34,206 nt of DNA from an uncultured Candidatus Saccharibacteria bacterium (lineage in GTDB: Bacteria; Patescibacteriota; Minisyncoccia; HO2-45-28): the NCBI GenBank assembly GCA_964574495.1, contig CAZNNT010000004.1, positions 1 through 34,206 of the forward strand, written 5' to 3'. Positions 33,174 through 34,206 of this stretch are shown here, piece by piece. Every line of letters begins with the position of its first letter. Position 1 is the first letter of the stretch. Made by a program: the position numbers and the translations under genes. The notes below the pieces were generated by a model. It was not told where the DNA came from, made no database searches, and saw only the letters and a list, made by a program, of their open reading frames with translations.

Positions 33174-34205
33174 ATGGCTGAAAATGGAAATCCGATTCGG
33201 TATACGCCGGAAAAAATTATTGAGACATCTAAGAAAATTATTGCGCCCACAACTCAAAATTTTTCGTTCGTGCCCGGCATAACGCCGCTGGGAACGCCTC
33301 CTTGTTGGATTATGGGCGAAGACGGCAATTTATATTTTGACGCTAATTCCGGCCCCGGCGTTTTCAGTATCGGCCACAGGCGTCTTGAAATTGAGCAGGT
33401 CAAAGCCGATGTTCGTTTCGGATTCGGAGCAAACGAATATCTGAATTACGAATCGGTGAAATTAGCCGAAAGGTTGATTGCTCTTTCTCCGGGCGGTTTT
33501 GATAAAAAGATTTTCTTCTGCTCTTCCGGCACTGAATCGGTTGAGGCCGCGATTCGCGCCGCCCAGATCTATCGCCGGACTCCGATAATGATGGCTTTTG
33601 AGAAGGCCTTTCATGGCCGCACCTACGGGGCTAGGACTTTGACGAGCCGAAAACATGTCACTAAATTTTCTTATCCGGCGTTTCCGGTGATTCATCTGCC
33701 ATTTCCGGAGGCAGAGACGGAAATGGGTAATCCTCTTACTTTTATGAAACATGTAAAAAGGCAGCTTGCGACCGTAAATCTGAATGAGGTAGCCGCGCTT
33801 TTTTGGGAGCCCATTCAGGGAGAAGGCGGAATCCGCTTTACGAGTCGCGACGCCTTCGAGGCCTTGATGGAAGAAATTATTGTTCCGAACAATATTTTGC
33901 TGGTGGATGACGAAGTGCAGACCTTCAGCCGCACCGGAAAATGGTTTGCCGCGGAACATTTTGGCGTTAATCCCGATATCATTTGTATGGCTAAGGCCTT
34001 GGGCAGCGGGGCGAAAATAGGCGTTACGATAATGCGGGCCGATGTCTGTTGGCCCGAAGGCGGACTTTATTCAAATACCTGGGGCGGAGATGCTTTTTGC
34101 AGCGCCTGCGCTCTTAAGACCCTGGATATTATGGAGGGAGAAAACCTAATTTCTAAGGCCGAGCGCCTTGGCGATCTTTTTCACAAAGAGCTTGCTGAAG
34201 CGATA
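33174..34205 (+). CDS. Class III PLP-dependent aminotransferase (GabT/ArgD-like), truncated by window edge
   Basis: AAGGAG SD; manual translation contains SSGTESVEAA, AFHGRT, EPIQGEGG, DDEVQT..RTG and PDIICMAKALGSG. Confidence 0.93.
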   Translation, partial: MAENGNPIRYTPEKIIETSKKIIAPTTQNFSFVPGITPLGTPPCWIMGEDGNLYFDANSGPGVFSIGHRRLEIEQVKADVRFGFGANEYLNYESVKLAERLIALSPGGFDKKIFFCSSGTESVEAAIRAAQIYRRTPIMMAFEKAFHGRTYGARTLTSRKHVTKFSYPAFPVIHLPFPEAETEMGNPLTFMKHVKRQLATVNLNEVAALFWEPIQGEGGIRFTSRDAFEALMEEIIVPNNILLVDDEVQTFSRTGKWFAAEHFGVNPDIICMAKALGSGAKIGVTIMRADVCWPEGGLYSNTWGGDAFCSACALKTLDIMEGENLISKAERLGDLFHKELAEAI

Positions 34206-34206
34206 T

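Noticed and set aside
33462-33959. 165-aa minus-strand ORF
   Set aside because: It is antisense to the class III aminotransferase, which the ORF track missed because it runs off the window edge.

Overview
This window looks like chromosomal DNA from a Patescibacteria (CPR) bacterium, probably Parcubacteria. That call is an inference from gene content and style: alpha2-type GlyRS, short IF-2, IleRS with an inserted histidine-phosphatase domain, leaderless core genes and typical CPR hypotheticals, using the standard genetic code. The minus strand carries a housekeeping backbone: M16 peptidase, glyQS, recO, ileS, recA, ftsK, fusA, rpsG, rpsL, site-2 protease, rbfA, infB and tRNAs Leu, Cys and Ser. 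rpmB and tRNA-Pro are on the plus strand. Accessory DNA includes a secreted-protease island with a MotA/MotB-like pair (13.0-19.5 kb), a HEPN plus Doc toxin-antitoxin islet where tuf normally follows fusA, Cys-rich cargo genes beside tRNAs, a stop-interrupted ABC1 kinase between two 52-aa paralogs, and a class III aminotransferase. The most striking signal is two independent 'tRNA inside a tRNA' loci, Pro-GGG at 26526-26774 (+) and Ser-CGA at 30841-31125 (-). In each, an outer tRNA is broken into three pieces by (i) a 65-68 nt twin-hairpin module with shared junction and loop sequence and (ii) a long stem that encloses an intact inner tRNA of the same anticodon. A second candidate novel RNA is a conserved, covarying 5' leader hairpin in front of two paralogous trypsin-like proteases. 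All calls come from reading the sequence by eye; no searches were run.
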